From contig CAVPTG010000015.1 in assembly GCA_963708605.1 (NCBI GenBank), positions 51,218-115,217 of the forward strand: a stretch of DNA of 64,000 nt, given 5' to 3'. Numbering within the stretch: the stretch's first letter is position 1; each line of letters opens with the position of its first letter. The notes beneath the pieces were generated by a model. The model saw only the letters and a program-made list of their open reading frames with translations. It was not told where the DNA came from and did no database searches. Positions 18,521 to 27,460 of the stretch are shown in pieces. Source of the stretch: Candidatus Dormiibacterota bacterium (GTDB lineage Bacteria; Chloroflexota; Dormibacteria; Aeolococcales; Aeolococcaceae). The translations under genes and the position numbers were made by a program.

Positions 18521-20554
18521 ATGGGGAGCCTGAGAAGGAGGGGCCGGCACAACCAGTCAGCCTCCAACGAGCGTGGCTTTACGCCACTCGGCGAGGTCGA
18601 ATCGGATGGGTCCGGCCTGCTGATTGCCGCTCGCTCGCAGGCGACGCACGCGCCCGTCGACATCCGTGTCCTCGCCGCGACGCTCAAGGGCGACCGCGCC
18701 CGCATGCGCCAGCTCGGCGGCGACATGGATGTCCTTCGTGAAGTCCGTCACACCAACCTCGTATCGGTCATGGACTTCGACAAACGCGCCGGGGCTGTCG
18801 TGTACGAATCGGTGCCAGGGAGCAGCCTGACCGAGTTGCTCGCAGGGCAAGGCCCGCTCGAGCTTGTGGCGGCCCTCGTCCTGCTCGAGGACTGCGTTTC
18901 GGGGCTCGAGGCGCTGCACAACGTCGGGGTCATCCATCGGAACGTCACGCCTGATTCCGTGGTGATCGAAAGCACCGGAGCGGTGCTGCTCCGCGACGCG
19001 GGGTTGGCCCCGACCGTGTCTCCCTCAGCAATGCCGGCGGAGGCCAACCGGTTCCTCGCTCCCGAGGTCCTCGCTGGAGGATCGTCGACCCGGTCGTCCG
19101 ATCTCTACGGGGCCACTGCGGTGTTCCTGGAATCGATCGGCGGGCGAGCCTCGAAACCTGGCATGAGGGTTGATCTCCGACCGCTCTTGGGCGAGGGGAT
19201 GGCGAAGGATGCGTCGGCGCGCAGCGCTACGCTTGGCGCCTTTCGGGGCGAGCTTGACGACTATGCGCGGGCCACATTTGGCGAGGGCTGGCGCAAGGAG
19301 GGCCGCACGCTTCTCGTCGACGCGGCCGCGAGGCAGGCGAGCAGATCGATCCGTGTCAGTTCGCCGGCAGAGCCGGCCAGAGAGGGGGCGGACGAAGCGT
19401 TGTCGGCGGTTGCGCTCCTGCGGTCACGCGGAACGCACAGCCTGCGGACCCTTCCCATGCTGGGCGCGTTCGGCCTTGTGGCGCTCGTGGGTGTCCTTGT
19501 CCTCGTGCGCGGCTTCTCGACACCCCAGGGCTTCGCGTCGAATTCCTTCCTCGGAATATTCAACGGGATACCGGTTCTCGGCGCACTGACCTCGCCCACC
19601 CCCACCGCCGCCACGGCCCCGGGCGTAGGACCGGCGACGAGTACCGGCCCGAACGCCAATCCAGCCGCGGGTGCGCCTATCACGAGCGCGAGTCCGAAGG
19701 CCACTGGCGCTGCAGGTCCAACCCCGACGCCCAAACCGGGTTCCAGTCCCCCGCCACCGAATCTCATACCCCAGACAATTAGCTTCACCTCCAGCCAGCC
19801 CGCAAACGAGACGTACGGCGGCACGTACTCGATCGCCGCCACCGGAGGCTCGTCTGGGAATCCTGTGCTGTTCACCAGTCAGACGCCCGCAACCTGCAAA
19901 CCTGGATTCAGCAACACGTTCAATTTTTTAGGGGTCGGAACCTGCACGATCCAGGCATCACAACAGGGCAACTCTCACTACAGCGCGGCCACCAACTCGA
20001 TGTCGTTCCCGGTGGGGCAGGCCTCGCAGACAATCAGCATCAGCACCTCACCGAGCAACCCCACATACAACGGTGCGCCGTACATCATTCATGCCACAGC
20101 GGCGGGCGGTCCCGTGGCATTCACAGCGGACTCTGCGAGCGTCGCCTGTGGTGTCAGCCCGACAGGGGTTGTGACTTTCACGGCAGCCGGTGAGTGCATC
20201 ATCGACGCCAACCAGGGTGGCAACGCAGACTACACGCCTGCGCAGACGCGGCAGCAGGCGTTCAGTGTGGCGCAGGCGTCGCAGACGGTGACCCCCACCT
20301 CGTCGCCGCCGTGCAGCATTTGCGCCACACAAATGACGTATACCTTGTCGGGAACCGCATCCTCTGGGCTGGCGGTCCAGTTCGGTATCGACACGAGTGC
20401 GAGCACCCCCGGGTCATGCTCCATCGCCGGCAACGTGGTCACCATCAATGGCGGGCTGGGATTTCCCGGCACCTGCGTGATCGACTTCTTCCAGGACGGT
20501 AACCAGGACTACTCCGCGGCTCCCGTCCAAACGCAAAGCGTCACCGTCACCTAA
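18521..20554 (+). CDS. Membrane-anchored Ser/Thr-kinase-like protein (predicted pseudokinase) with extracellular Ig-like repeats
   Basis: The Hanks-type fold is recognisable (LREVRHTNLV, VIHRNVTPDSV, LRDAG, LAPEV, SDLYG), but VAIK Lys is Arg (VDIRVL) and HRD is HRN. One TM helix (LPMLGAFGLVALVGVLVLV) and a Pro-rich linker are followed by about 3.5 repeats of QTISFTS...C...G.G.C.I.A.Q.GN..Y. Confidence 0.75.
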   Translation: MGSLRRRGRHNQSASNERGFTPLGEVESDGSGLLIAARSQATHAPVDIRVLAATLKGDRARMRQLGGDMDVLREVRHTNLVSVMDFDKRAGAVVYESVPGSSLTELLAGQGPLELVAALVLLEDCVSGLEALHNVGVIHRNVTPDSVVIESTGAVLLRDAGLAPTVSPSAMPAEANRFLAPEVLAGGSSTRSSDLYGATAVFLESIGGRASKPGMRVDLRPLLGEGMAKDASARSATLGAFRGELDDYARATFGEGWRKEGRTLLVDAAARQASRSIRVSSPAEPAREGADEALSAVALLRSRGTHSLRTLPMLGAFGLVALVGVLVLVRGFSTPQGFASNSFLGIFNGIPVLGALTSPTPTAATAPGVGPATSTGPNANPAAGAPITSASPKATGAAGPTPTPKPGSSPPPPNLIPQTISFTSSQPANETYGGTYSIAATGGSSGNPVLFTSQTPATCKPGFSNTFNFLGVGTCTIQASQQGNSHYSAATNSMSFPVGQASQTISISTSPSNPTYNGAPYIIHATAAGGPVAFTADSASVACGVSPTGVVTFTAAGECIIDANQGGNADYTPAQTRQQAFSVAQASQTVTPTSSPPCSICATQMTYTLSGTASSGLAVQFGIDTSASTPGSCSIAGNVVTINGGLGFPGTCVIDFFQDGNQDYSAAPVQTQSVTVT

Positions 20555-20593
20555 CTGATCCCCACGGGGAGCGGGCGACGCTGGTGCGAATGC

Positions 20594-23500
20594 TCATCCG
20601 AGCTTGAGATCGATAACGCTGGTCGCGCCAGTGAGCCCGGCGTTGAAGGTGTACTGGACAGTGGTGCTGGGGCTCGGGGCGGCTTCCCCGATCACCTTGC
20701 TGGTCGAGAAGATGAGCCCAATGTAGAAGGGGCCGCTGCCTGAACTGACTTTGACAGTAACCGCGTCGCTGGTCGTCGACTGAGTGATGCCGCCGCTGAC
20801 CTTTGTGCAGCTGCTTGCCGTCGCGTTGTCATACACGCCGCTACCGCTGCTCAGGAGGAGTTTCTTACTGGTCTCATTGGTCGACTGCGTGATCTTGTAA
20901 GTCCCGGTCGACGGGACCTTCACCCAGTATGTGAACGACGATGGGGTGACGGTAGCGACCTTGCTGCCGCCGAGCGTGTACTGATAGGACGGCAGGCTGG
21001 TCGCAAATCCCGAAGCGAACTGCGCGCAGGTCGCGGTGATCGGGGTGATCTCGCTGATCTGGGGACCAACAGTCACCGGATCCGCCCCGCACTTGCTCGT
21101 GACAGCCACGTTGTTCGCATCGCCACTGAAAGCCGCAGTCCACTGATAGGTGCCGACCGTCTTAACGGTGAACCCCATGGTGGTAGTGAAGGGTCCGTTC
21201 GTCTTCACCGCAGTCACGGTCTCGGTATGAATCGCAGAGGCGCAGCTGCCGTCGCCTGGGGCATACAGCCTGAAGGTGATCGAGGCGGTTCCAAGCAGAT
21301 TGCTGGTCCCCGACAGCGTGGCGCGATCCTGCAGGGTGGTGCCTGTGCCCGCAGATTTGGGGTTCGCCGTCGTTGAGATGGTCGGCTGTGCGGTGATCAC
21401 CACGGGCTCGCCGCACGTGCTGGCCACCGAGTTGTTGTTGCCGTCGCCGTTGTAGATGGCCTTCCAGTAGTACGTCCCCGCGGCCTTCGGCGTCCATGCG
21501 ACGGTGTAGCTCGCTGATGCACTCGCGACGGTGCCGCTTCCGCTCACGCCGGTCACCGCCGTCGTGCAGGTGCTATTCGAGTACAACGTAAATGTCACAG
21601 TTCCGGTGGGCGCTATCGGCGCCCCTGACACTGTCGCCGTGTCTTTCAAGGTCTTGATCGCCTTGCCGACCGTTCCCGTGGTCGGGCTCGCGACGGTGCT
21701 GATCGTCGGCGTCGCCTTGCCGATGACGATCTGCTCAGGGACTCCACCGCACGTGCTGACCGTGCTGTTGTTGGCGTCGCCGTTGTACACGGCTCCCCAG
21801 TAGTAGGTACTCACCGCCGCCGGCGTCCAATTGGTGTTGAACGAGGTCGTTCCTGCGACAAGCGTCCCGTTTCCGCCGACGCCGCTGACCGCTGTCGTGC
21901 ACGCGGCATTCGTATACAACGTGAAGGTCACCGTTCCGGTCGGAGCTGCTCCACCGGATATGGTTGCGCTGTCCTTGACGGTGATCTGCACCCCTACTGT
22001 TCCCGATGTCGGGCTCGCCTGCGTGGCGATCGTCGGGGACGCCTTGCCCACGGTCAGCGGCTCGCTGCTGCAGTTGCTCGTTGTGGTGTTGTTGTTGCCG
22101 TCCCCGGAGAACATCGCCTGCCAGTAGAAGGTGCCCACCGTCGGGAAGCTCAGTGTGTTCGAGTTCGGCACCGCCCCGGTGCTCTCATTCACCGGGAGGG
22201 TGCCCGCGCCTCGGGGGTTCTGCGTGCAGGTGTTGTTGCTGTACACCGTGTAGGTCACCGAAGACGAATTCCCTCCAGGGGCGAACCCGTTCAGCGTCGC
22301 GGTGTCGAAGTCCGTGCCCCCAGCCGCGATCGAGGTCGCATTCAACACCGTCGTGATCGTCGGCGATGCCTTGCCCACGGTCAGCGGCTCGCTGCTGCAG
22401 TTGCTCGTTGTGGTGTTGTTGTTGCCGTCCCCGGAGAACATCGCCTGCCAGTAGAAGGTGCCCACCGTCGGGAAGCTCAGTGTGTTCGAGTTCGGCACCG
22501 CCCCGGTGCTCTCATTCACCGGGAGGGTGCCCGCGCCTCGGGGGTTCTGCGTGCAGGTGTTGTTGCTGTACACCGTGTAGGTCACCGAAGACGAATTCCC
22601 TCCAGGGGCGAACCCGTTCAGCGTCGCGGTGTCGAAGTCCGTGCCCCCAGCCGCGATCGAGGTCGCATTCAACACCGTCGTGATCGTCGGCGACGCCTTG
22701 CCCACCAGCACCGGTTCATCGCCGCAGTTGGTGGTTGCGCCTGCATTGTTCGGATCCCCACTGAAGCTCGCCACCCATTCGTAGGTGCCCACGACCGTGG
22801 CCCCGTACCCGCCCGTGGTGCTGTAGGTCCCGTCACCCCCGATCCCGGTAACCGTCTCGGTATGGATCACGGCTCCGCAGTGCGCGTCCCCCGGGGCGTA
22901 CAGATTGAAAGTGATCGACCCGGAGCCGTCAGGATTGCTCGTGCCGCTCAGGGTCGCGCTGTCCTGCAGGGAGACCCCGACCGCTCCCGATCCCGGGTTC
23001 GCCGCCGTCGTGATCGTCGGCGACGCCTTGCCCACCAGCACCGGTTCATCGCCGCAGTTGGTGGTTGCGCCTGCATTGTTCGGATCCCCACTGAAGCTCG
23101 CCACCCATTCGTAGGTGCCCACGACCGTGGCCCCGTACCCGCCCGTGGTGCTGTAGGTCCCGTCACCCCCGATCCCGGTAACCGTCTCGGTATGGATCAC
23201 GGCTCCGCAGTGCGCGTCCCCCGGGGCGTACAGATTGAAAGTGATCGACCCGGAGCCGTCAGGATTGCTCGTGCCGCTCAGGGTCGCGCTGTCCTGCAGG
23301 GAGACCCCGACCGCTCCCGATCCCGGGTTCGCCGCCGTCGTGATCGTCGGCGACGCCTTGCCCACCAGCACCGGTTCATCGCCGCAGTTGGTGGTTGCGC
23401 CTGCATTGTTCGGATCCCCACTGAAGCTCGCCACCCATTCGTAGGTGCCCACGACCGTGGCCCCGTACCCGCCCGTGGTGCTGTAGGTCCCGTCACCCCC

Positions 23501-23845
23501 GATCCCGGTAACCGTCTCGGTATGGATCACGGCTCCGCAGTGCGCGTCCCCCGGGGCGTACAGATTGAAAGTGATCGACCCGGAGCCGTCAGGATTGCTC
23601 GTGCCGCTCAGGGTCGCGCTGTCCTGCAGGGAGACCCCGACCGCTCCCGATCCCGGGTTCGCCGCCGTCGTGATCTGCGTCGGATTCGACCCGGCCGCGA
23701 CCCCCGTCTGCGGCACCACCACATAGAAACCCATGGCGACGAGCCAACCCGACGCCACCGCCATCGCTCGCCGCGCACGCGAGACGCAACCTGGTCGCCT
23801 CTGATGACCCCTCAAGTTCCCCTGTCTCCCGCTCGCCCCGCTCAC
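20594..23845 (-). CDS. Large secreted Ig-like domain repeat protein (Big_3_5-like domains, about 9 copies) with a distinct C-terminal domain
   Basis: 1083 aa made of ~110-aa modules with the conserved pattern ATLSG...ITF.LY....C......T....G.Y........GTY.W.A.(Y/F)(S/N)GD.NN.....CG.EPV.V.KA.PTI.T. The start is uncertain (GTG 23845, or ATG 23764 before the hydrophobic AVASGWLVAMGFYVVV). Confidence 0.85.
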   Translation of the reverse strand: MSGASGRQGNLRGHQRRPGCVSRARRAMAVASGWLVAMGFYVVVPQTGVAAGSNPTQITTAANPGSGAVGVSLQDSATLSGTSNPDGSGSITFNLYAPGDAHCGAVIHTETVTGIGGDGTYSTTGGYGATVVGTYEWVASFSGDPNNAGATTNCGDEPVLVGKASPTITTAANPGSGAVGVSLQDSATLSGTSNPDGSGSITFNLYAPGDAHCGAVIHTETVTGIGGDGTYSTTGGYGATVVGTYEWVASFSGDPNNAGATTNCGDEPVLVGKASPTITTAANPGSGAVGVSLQDSATLSGTSNPDGSGSITFNLYAPGDAHCGAVIHTETVTGIGGDGTYSTTGGYGATVVGTYEWVASFSGDPNNAGATTNCGDEPVLVGKASPTITTVLNATSIAAGGTDFDTATLNGFAPGGNSSSVTYTVYSNNTCTQNPRGAGTLPVNESTGAVPNSNTLSFPTVGTFYWQAMFSGDGNNNTTTSNCSSEPLTVGKASPTITTVLNATSIAAGGTDFDTATLNGFAPGGNSSSVTYTVYSNNTCTQNPRGAGTLPVNESTGAVPNSNTLSFPTVGTFYWQAMFSGDGNNNTTTSNCSSEPLTVGKASPTIATQASPTSGTVGVQITVKDSATISGGAAPTGTVTFTLYTNAACTTAVSGVGGNGTLVAGTTSFNTNWTPAAVSTYYWGAVYNGDANNSTVSTCGGVPEQIVIGKATPTISTVASPTTGTVGKAIKTLKDTATVSGAPIAPTGTVTFTLYSNSTCTTAVTGVSGSGTVASASASYTVAWTPKAAGTYYWKAIYNGDGNNNSVASTCGEPVVITAQPTISTTANPKSAGTGTTLQDRATLSGTSNLLGTASITFRLYAPGDGSCASAIHTETVTAVKTNGPFTTTMGFTVKTVGTYQWTAAFSGDANNVAVTSKCGADPVTVGPQISEITPITATCAQFASGFATSLPSYQYTLGGSKVATVTPSSFTYWVKVPSTGTYKITQSTNETSKKLLLSSGSGVYDNATASSCTKVSGGITQSTTSDAVTVKVSSGSGPFYIGLIFSTSKVIGEAAPSPSTTVQYTFNAGLTGATSVIDLKLG
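22027..22680. repeat. Tandem direct repeat, 2 x 327 bp, near-perfect (coding; Ig-like module B)
   Basis: Line-by-line comparison found copies 22027-22353 and 22354-22680 identical except about 3 mismatches in the first ~15 bp (cgatcgtcggggacgcc vs tgatcgtcggcgatgcc). Confidence 0.9.
22681..23670. repeat. Tandem direct repeat, 3 x 330 bp, perfect (coding; Ig-like module A)
   Basis: Copies 22681-23010, 23011-23340 and 23341-23670 are identical base for base by eye. The sequence diverges 5 bp into what would be a fourth unit (23671 tgatctgcgt). Confidence 0.92.
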
Positions 23846-24086
23846 CGGGCGGCCCCACTAGCCCGACGGCAACTGGAGTGTGTCCGGCCAATCCCTTCTA
23901 GCCCCAAGCCTCGCCGATGCGAGGCGCCGCAAATAATGCGCCGCACGGCCATGGGATTGCCAGCGGCAGAATTGACGTCGCCAGCAGCCCCTTCCGGTGT
24001 CGACGTCCCCCGGAACGACGAAGCTCCCACCGCCGAGGGGATCCCTCGGCGGCAGGAGCTCAAGTGTCCTTAGATCGCTGTCGGTT

Positions 24087-25124
24087 CTAGCAGTGCAGCG
24101 TGGACGCATACCTCTGGTTGGTGACGACGATCCCGGTTGCGGCACCGTGGCGCGAGGCGTGGATCGTGCCTTCGCCGGAGTAGGTCATCACGTTCTCGAT
24201 GAGGATGTTGCTGGCCGGACCGGTCACGAACCAGGCCGGCTGGCACCGGTTGACTTCGTAGTAGGTCTCGTTGTCGAGGATCGTGTTGGTGTCATTGAAG
24301 AGCGCCAGGATGCCGCCATGAATGGTGATGTTGGTCAGACGCGCTCCGTTCTGGCAGTCGATGTCGACTGCCGCGAACCCGCCCGTGCCGTGGTTCACCA
24401 TGACCACGTTGGACACGACGCTGCCGGTGATCGGGAAGGCGTAGCACGGGTTCGAGCCAGTGAGCCGCATGCCGAAACCGGTTCCGGTCTCAGCGGTGAT
24501 GTTCATCACCGTGGTGTTGCTCGCGTCGCTGAACAGGACGGCGGGTACCGGGCTGCCCGGGATCGGGACTGTTCCCGGGTTGAACGTTCCGGTATTGAGG
24601 TTCAGGTTCTCGACCGTGTTGCCGGGCGAGGTGATCTGAAAGATATTGCTGGCGCCGTGCTGCACAAGGAACGTACGGGTTGCGCCGGCGCCGTCGATGG
24701 TGACCCCGAAGTGCCCGCTGACATGGATCCTGCCGGTGAGAACGCACACGCCCGCGGGGATCGTGACCACCCCGCCGGGTTGCTTGCCTGCAGCGTCAAC
24801 GGCCGCCTGAAGTGCGGCGGTGTTGTCCGTGATGCCGTTGCAGCTGCCTACAGACGTGGTCGTGGCGGTGTGCTTCACCAACCCCGCTGTGCGGCCCGTC
24901 TGGCCAACGGTGGATCCGGACGAGCCCTTGGATGTCCTCGACTTGCCGGTGGGCGCCGCCGCGAGTGGGACGCTGCGATGCACGCTGAGGTGGGAGATCG
25001 AAGAGGTCGCCGACAGCGCCGCAGGACGAACTGCGGCTGCGGTTGGTGTCATGCCGGCCTGTGCCGCCAGTGCAACGGTTCCAACAGTGGCGACGACGGC
25101 CAGACGAGCGAAGGGAACTTTCAT
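24087..25124 (-). CDS. Secreted right-handed beta-helix protein (pectate-lyase superfamily-like), second paralogue type
   Basis: Track ORF 24087..25163, using the ATG at 25124 (MKVPFARLAVVATVGTVALAAQAG signal). The motif ITDNTAALQAAVDAAGKQPGGVVTIPAGVCVL is followed by repeated N.T..N..-type turns (NTVENLNLN, NTTVMNITA, ARLTNITIHG). Confidence 0.7.
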   Translation of the reverse strand: MKVPFARLAVVATVGTVALAAQAGMTPTAAAVRPAALSATSSISHLSVHRSVPLAAAPTGKSRTSKGSSGSTVGQTGRTAGLVKHTATTTSVGSCNGITDNTAALQAAVDAAGKQPGGVVTIPAGVCVLTGRIHVSGHFGVTIDGAGATRTFLVQHGASNIFQITSPGNTVENLNLNTGTFNPGTVPIPGSPVPAVLFSDASNTTVMNITAETGTGFGMRLTGSNPCYAFPITGSVVSNVVMVNHGTGGFAAVDIDCQNGARLTNITIHGGILALFNDTNTILDNETYYEVNRCQPAWFVTGPASNILIENVMTYSGEGTIHASRHGAATGIVVTNQRYASTLHC

Positions 25125-25443
25125 ATCCCGACCGTGGCATCGGAAGGGAGTTCCCGATCTCACCTTCGGAAACCGGAATGTGACGGTTCAGCAACTCCCG
25201 AGCCGCCGATCACCACAACCCCGCCACAGGCATCGCGCCGACGTGGAGATTGAGGCCCATAGCGGGCGTTTGGACCCGGAGCCGTTGCATGCCTCGGTAA
25301 CGACGCCGTCTCGGGCCGATGGGAACCGGCTTGGTGAGAGCCGGTTCAGAATGACGCGATTGCGCCGATTAGCCCGTACCCCCCAATGCGGCCGTGTATG
25401 ATCAGGCGGACGAACGGGGCGGAATCGTAGGGAAGGTTATCGA

Positions 25444-27433
25444 GTGGTAAAGGTGCAGGTGGGCCGAGGCATGGGACGACGGCTACTCGGACTGGTGGGC
25501 GGGGCGTCGGTCGCCGTCGGATTGCTGGTGGCGCAGGGAGTCAATCCCCTGTCGCCTGTCAGGGCCTCGACTGTCGGGGCGGCGACCTCCAGGTCCGCTG
25601 CGCCACCCGCCCCAACCCAGACCGCCTGTCTCCAGTCGACCGGATCGTACTCACCGCCCGCCACGGCGCCGCACATCATGATGATCGTGGACGAGAACAC
25701 GTCGTACGGCGCCAGTGACGGCAGCCCGTATGTCATCGGGAATTCGAAAGCACCGTACATCAACAACACGCTGATCAAGAAGGACGGCTATACCTCTCTC
25801 CCGAGTTGGTACTCCGTCGAACACAACAGTCCACTCGACTACATGGACCTCATCTCCGGGTGCGACCACAACGGCCTCTCGAAGCCCTACACGGATCCAA
25901 CGCTGGTCAACGAGCTCGACACGGCCCACTTCACGTGGAAGGCCTATATGGACGGACTGGCGCCGGGCCAGACCTGCTACACGGGCACCGGAGCCGGGAC
26001 CAACCATTACTCGCAGACGCACAACCCGTTCATCTACTTCGGCCAGATCACCAGCAACACGGCTGAGTGCAACGCCAACGTGGTCCCTTACCAGCAGTCA
26101 CAGCTGTCGACCGATCTGAACAGCACTACGCCACCTGACTTCGTCTGGATCACGCCGAACGAGTGCAACGACATGCACAGCCTCTGTCCTCCGCTGAACA
26201 ACCACGTTGGCCAGGGAGATGCGTGGCTTGCGGCCAATCTGCCCACGGTGCTCAGCTCGGACTGGTACACGAAGGGCAACGGCATCGTGATCATCACCTT
26301 TGATGAGGGTGGGAGTGGCGATAACCAGCCGGGCCTTCCTGAAGGCACGGGTGGTCATATCGCGACGCTCGTCATCAGCCAGAACTCGTGCGGCTCTTTC
26401 ACCGGTACCGGCAACAACTTCGCCACGCTCCGCGGGATCGAGGAGGCGTACGGCGTCCCGCTGTTGAACAACTCGGGCAACGCGACATATGGCGATATCA
26501 CGCCTGCGTTTGCCGACGGCGCCTGCAAGGGGAGTGTTGGGACCGGCACCATCAGCGGAGTGGTCACCAACAGCCAGACCACCCTCCCGATCCAGGGCGC
26601 CACCGTCACGTGCACCTGCAACAACACCCCGACCGGCACCGATGGCAGCGGCAAGTACGCCTTCACGAACGTTGCCGTCGGCACCTACTCGGTCACGTTC
26701 TCGGACCCGGGGTTCGTCACCCAGACTGCGGACAACGTCGGCGTCACATCGGGAAATACCACAACGGTTAATGCGGCGTTGGTGCCGGCGAGTGGCTCAC
26801 CGCCCACCGTCGTCCAGGACGTCGGTGTGGCTGCCCAGACCACCACCACGTCATTTTCCGTGACCACGAGCTCGACTGCCACCGGCGACCTCCTCGCCAT
26901 CTCGACCGAGAGCGACGCCGGCAGTGGTAAGGCGTCAGCCACGGTGACCGGCGTCACCGACAATCAGGGTGACGTGTGGATGAAGGCGGTGGCGGCGAAT
27001 CCCTCGACACGTGACGGCGCGGAGATCTGGTACTCACCAGGCGCCAAGCCCGGGGTGACCACGGTGACGGTGACGTACTCGAGGTCGGTGAACCCGGTCG
27101 TCCGTTTCTATGAGATCGCCAACGCGAGCGCGCTGGATGCGACCTCAGCGGGGTCGGCGAAGAACACCACCCCGAATACCGGGATCACCGTGATGACCAC
27201 GACGGCGAACGAGATGGTCATCGGCGTGATCGGCTTCGCGCCCAACTCGGGGACCATCAGCGGGCTCACCACGGGCTTCACCAACGACCCGCTCGTGCTC
27301 AACAACCTCACCAATTTCAACAACGCCGAGCAATCCGGTCACGAGTTCGGTCTCCGCCACCGGCACCTTCTCGTATTCGGGGACGCTCTCGAGCTCGGCG
27401 TCCTGGGCCGCGGTCCTCGCAACCTTCAGCTAG
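25444..27433 (+). pseudogene. Secreted phosphoesterase-family protein (PLC/acid-phosphatase AcpA type) + CarboxypepD_reg-like domain + C-terminal beta domain; 1-nt frameshift about 27300-27365 as sequenced
   Basis: HIMMIVDENTSYG...DFVWITPNECNDMHS...VIITFDEGG..GGHIATLVIS is the phosphoesterase part. GTISGVVTNSQT..GATVTC...TDGSGKYAFTNVAVGTYSV is CarboxypepD_reg-like. The track ORF runs on to 27570 as Arg/Pro-rich nonsense overlapping the convergent gene by 110 nt. The +1 frame gives ..SVSATGTFSYSGTLSSSASWAAVLATFS-stop at 27431-27433. Confidence 0.75.
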
Positions 27434-27460
27434 CCCTCGGGTGCATTCCGGTGGCATGCG

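Noticed and set aside
22027-23675. Possible CRISPR array or mobile-element repeats
   Set aside because: The units are 327-330 bp, directly abutting without spacers, in frame, and they encode Ig-like modules of one protein. They are not CRISPR or IS-type repeats.
22862-24073. 403-aa plus-strand ORF (and 22006..22356, 22366..22683, 22905..23114, 23235..23444) with internally repeated sequence
   Set aside because: These are antisense shadows of the minus-strand Ig-repeat gene. Their Arg/Pro/Gly-rich composition is typical of off-frame high-GC translation, and the repetition simply mirrors the 330/327-bp coding repeats.
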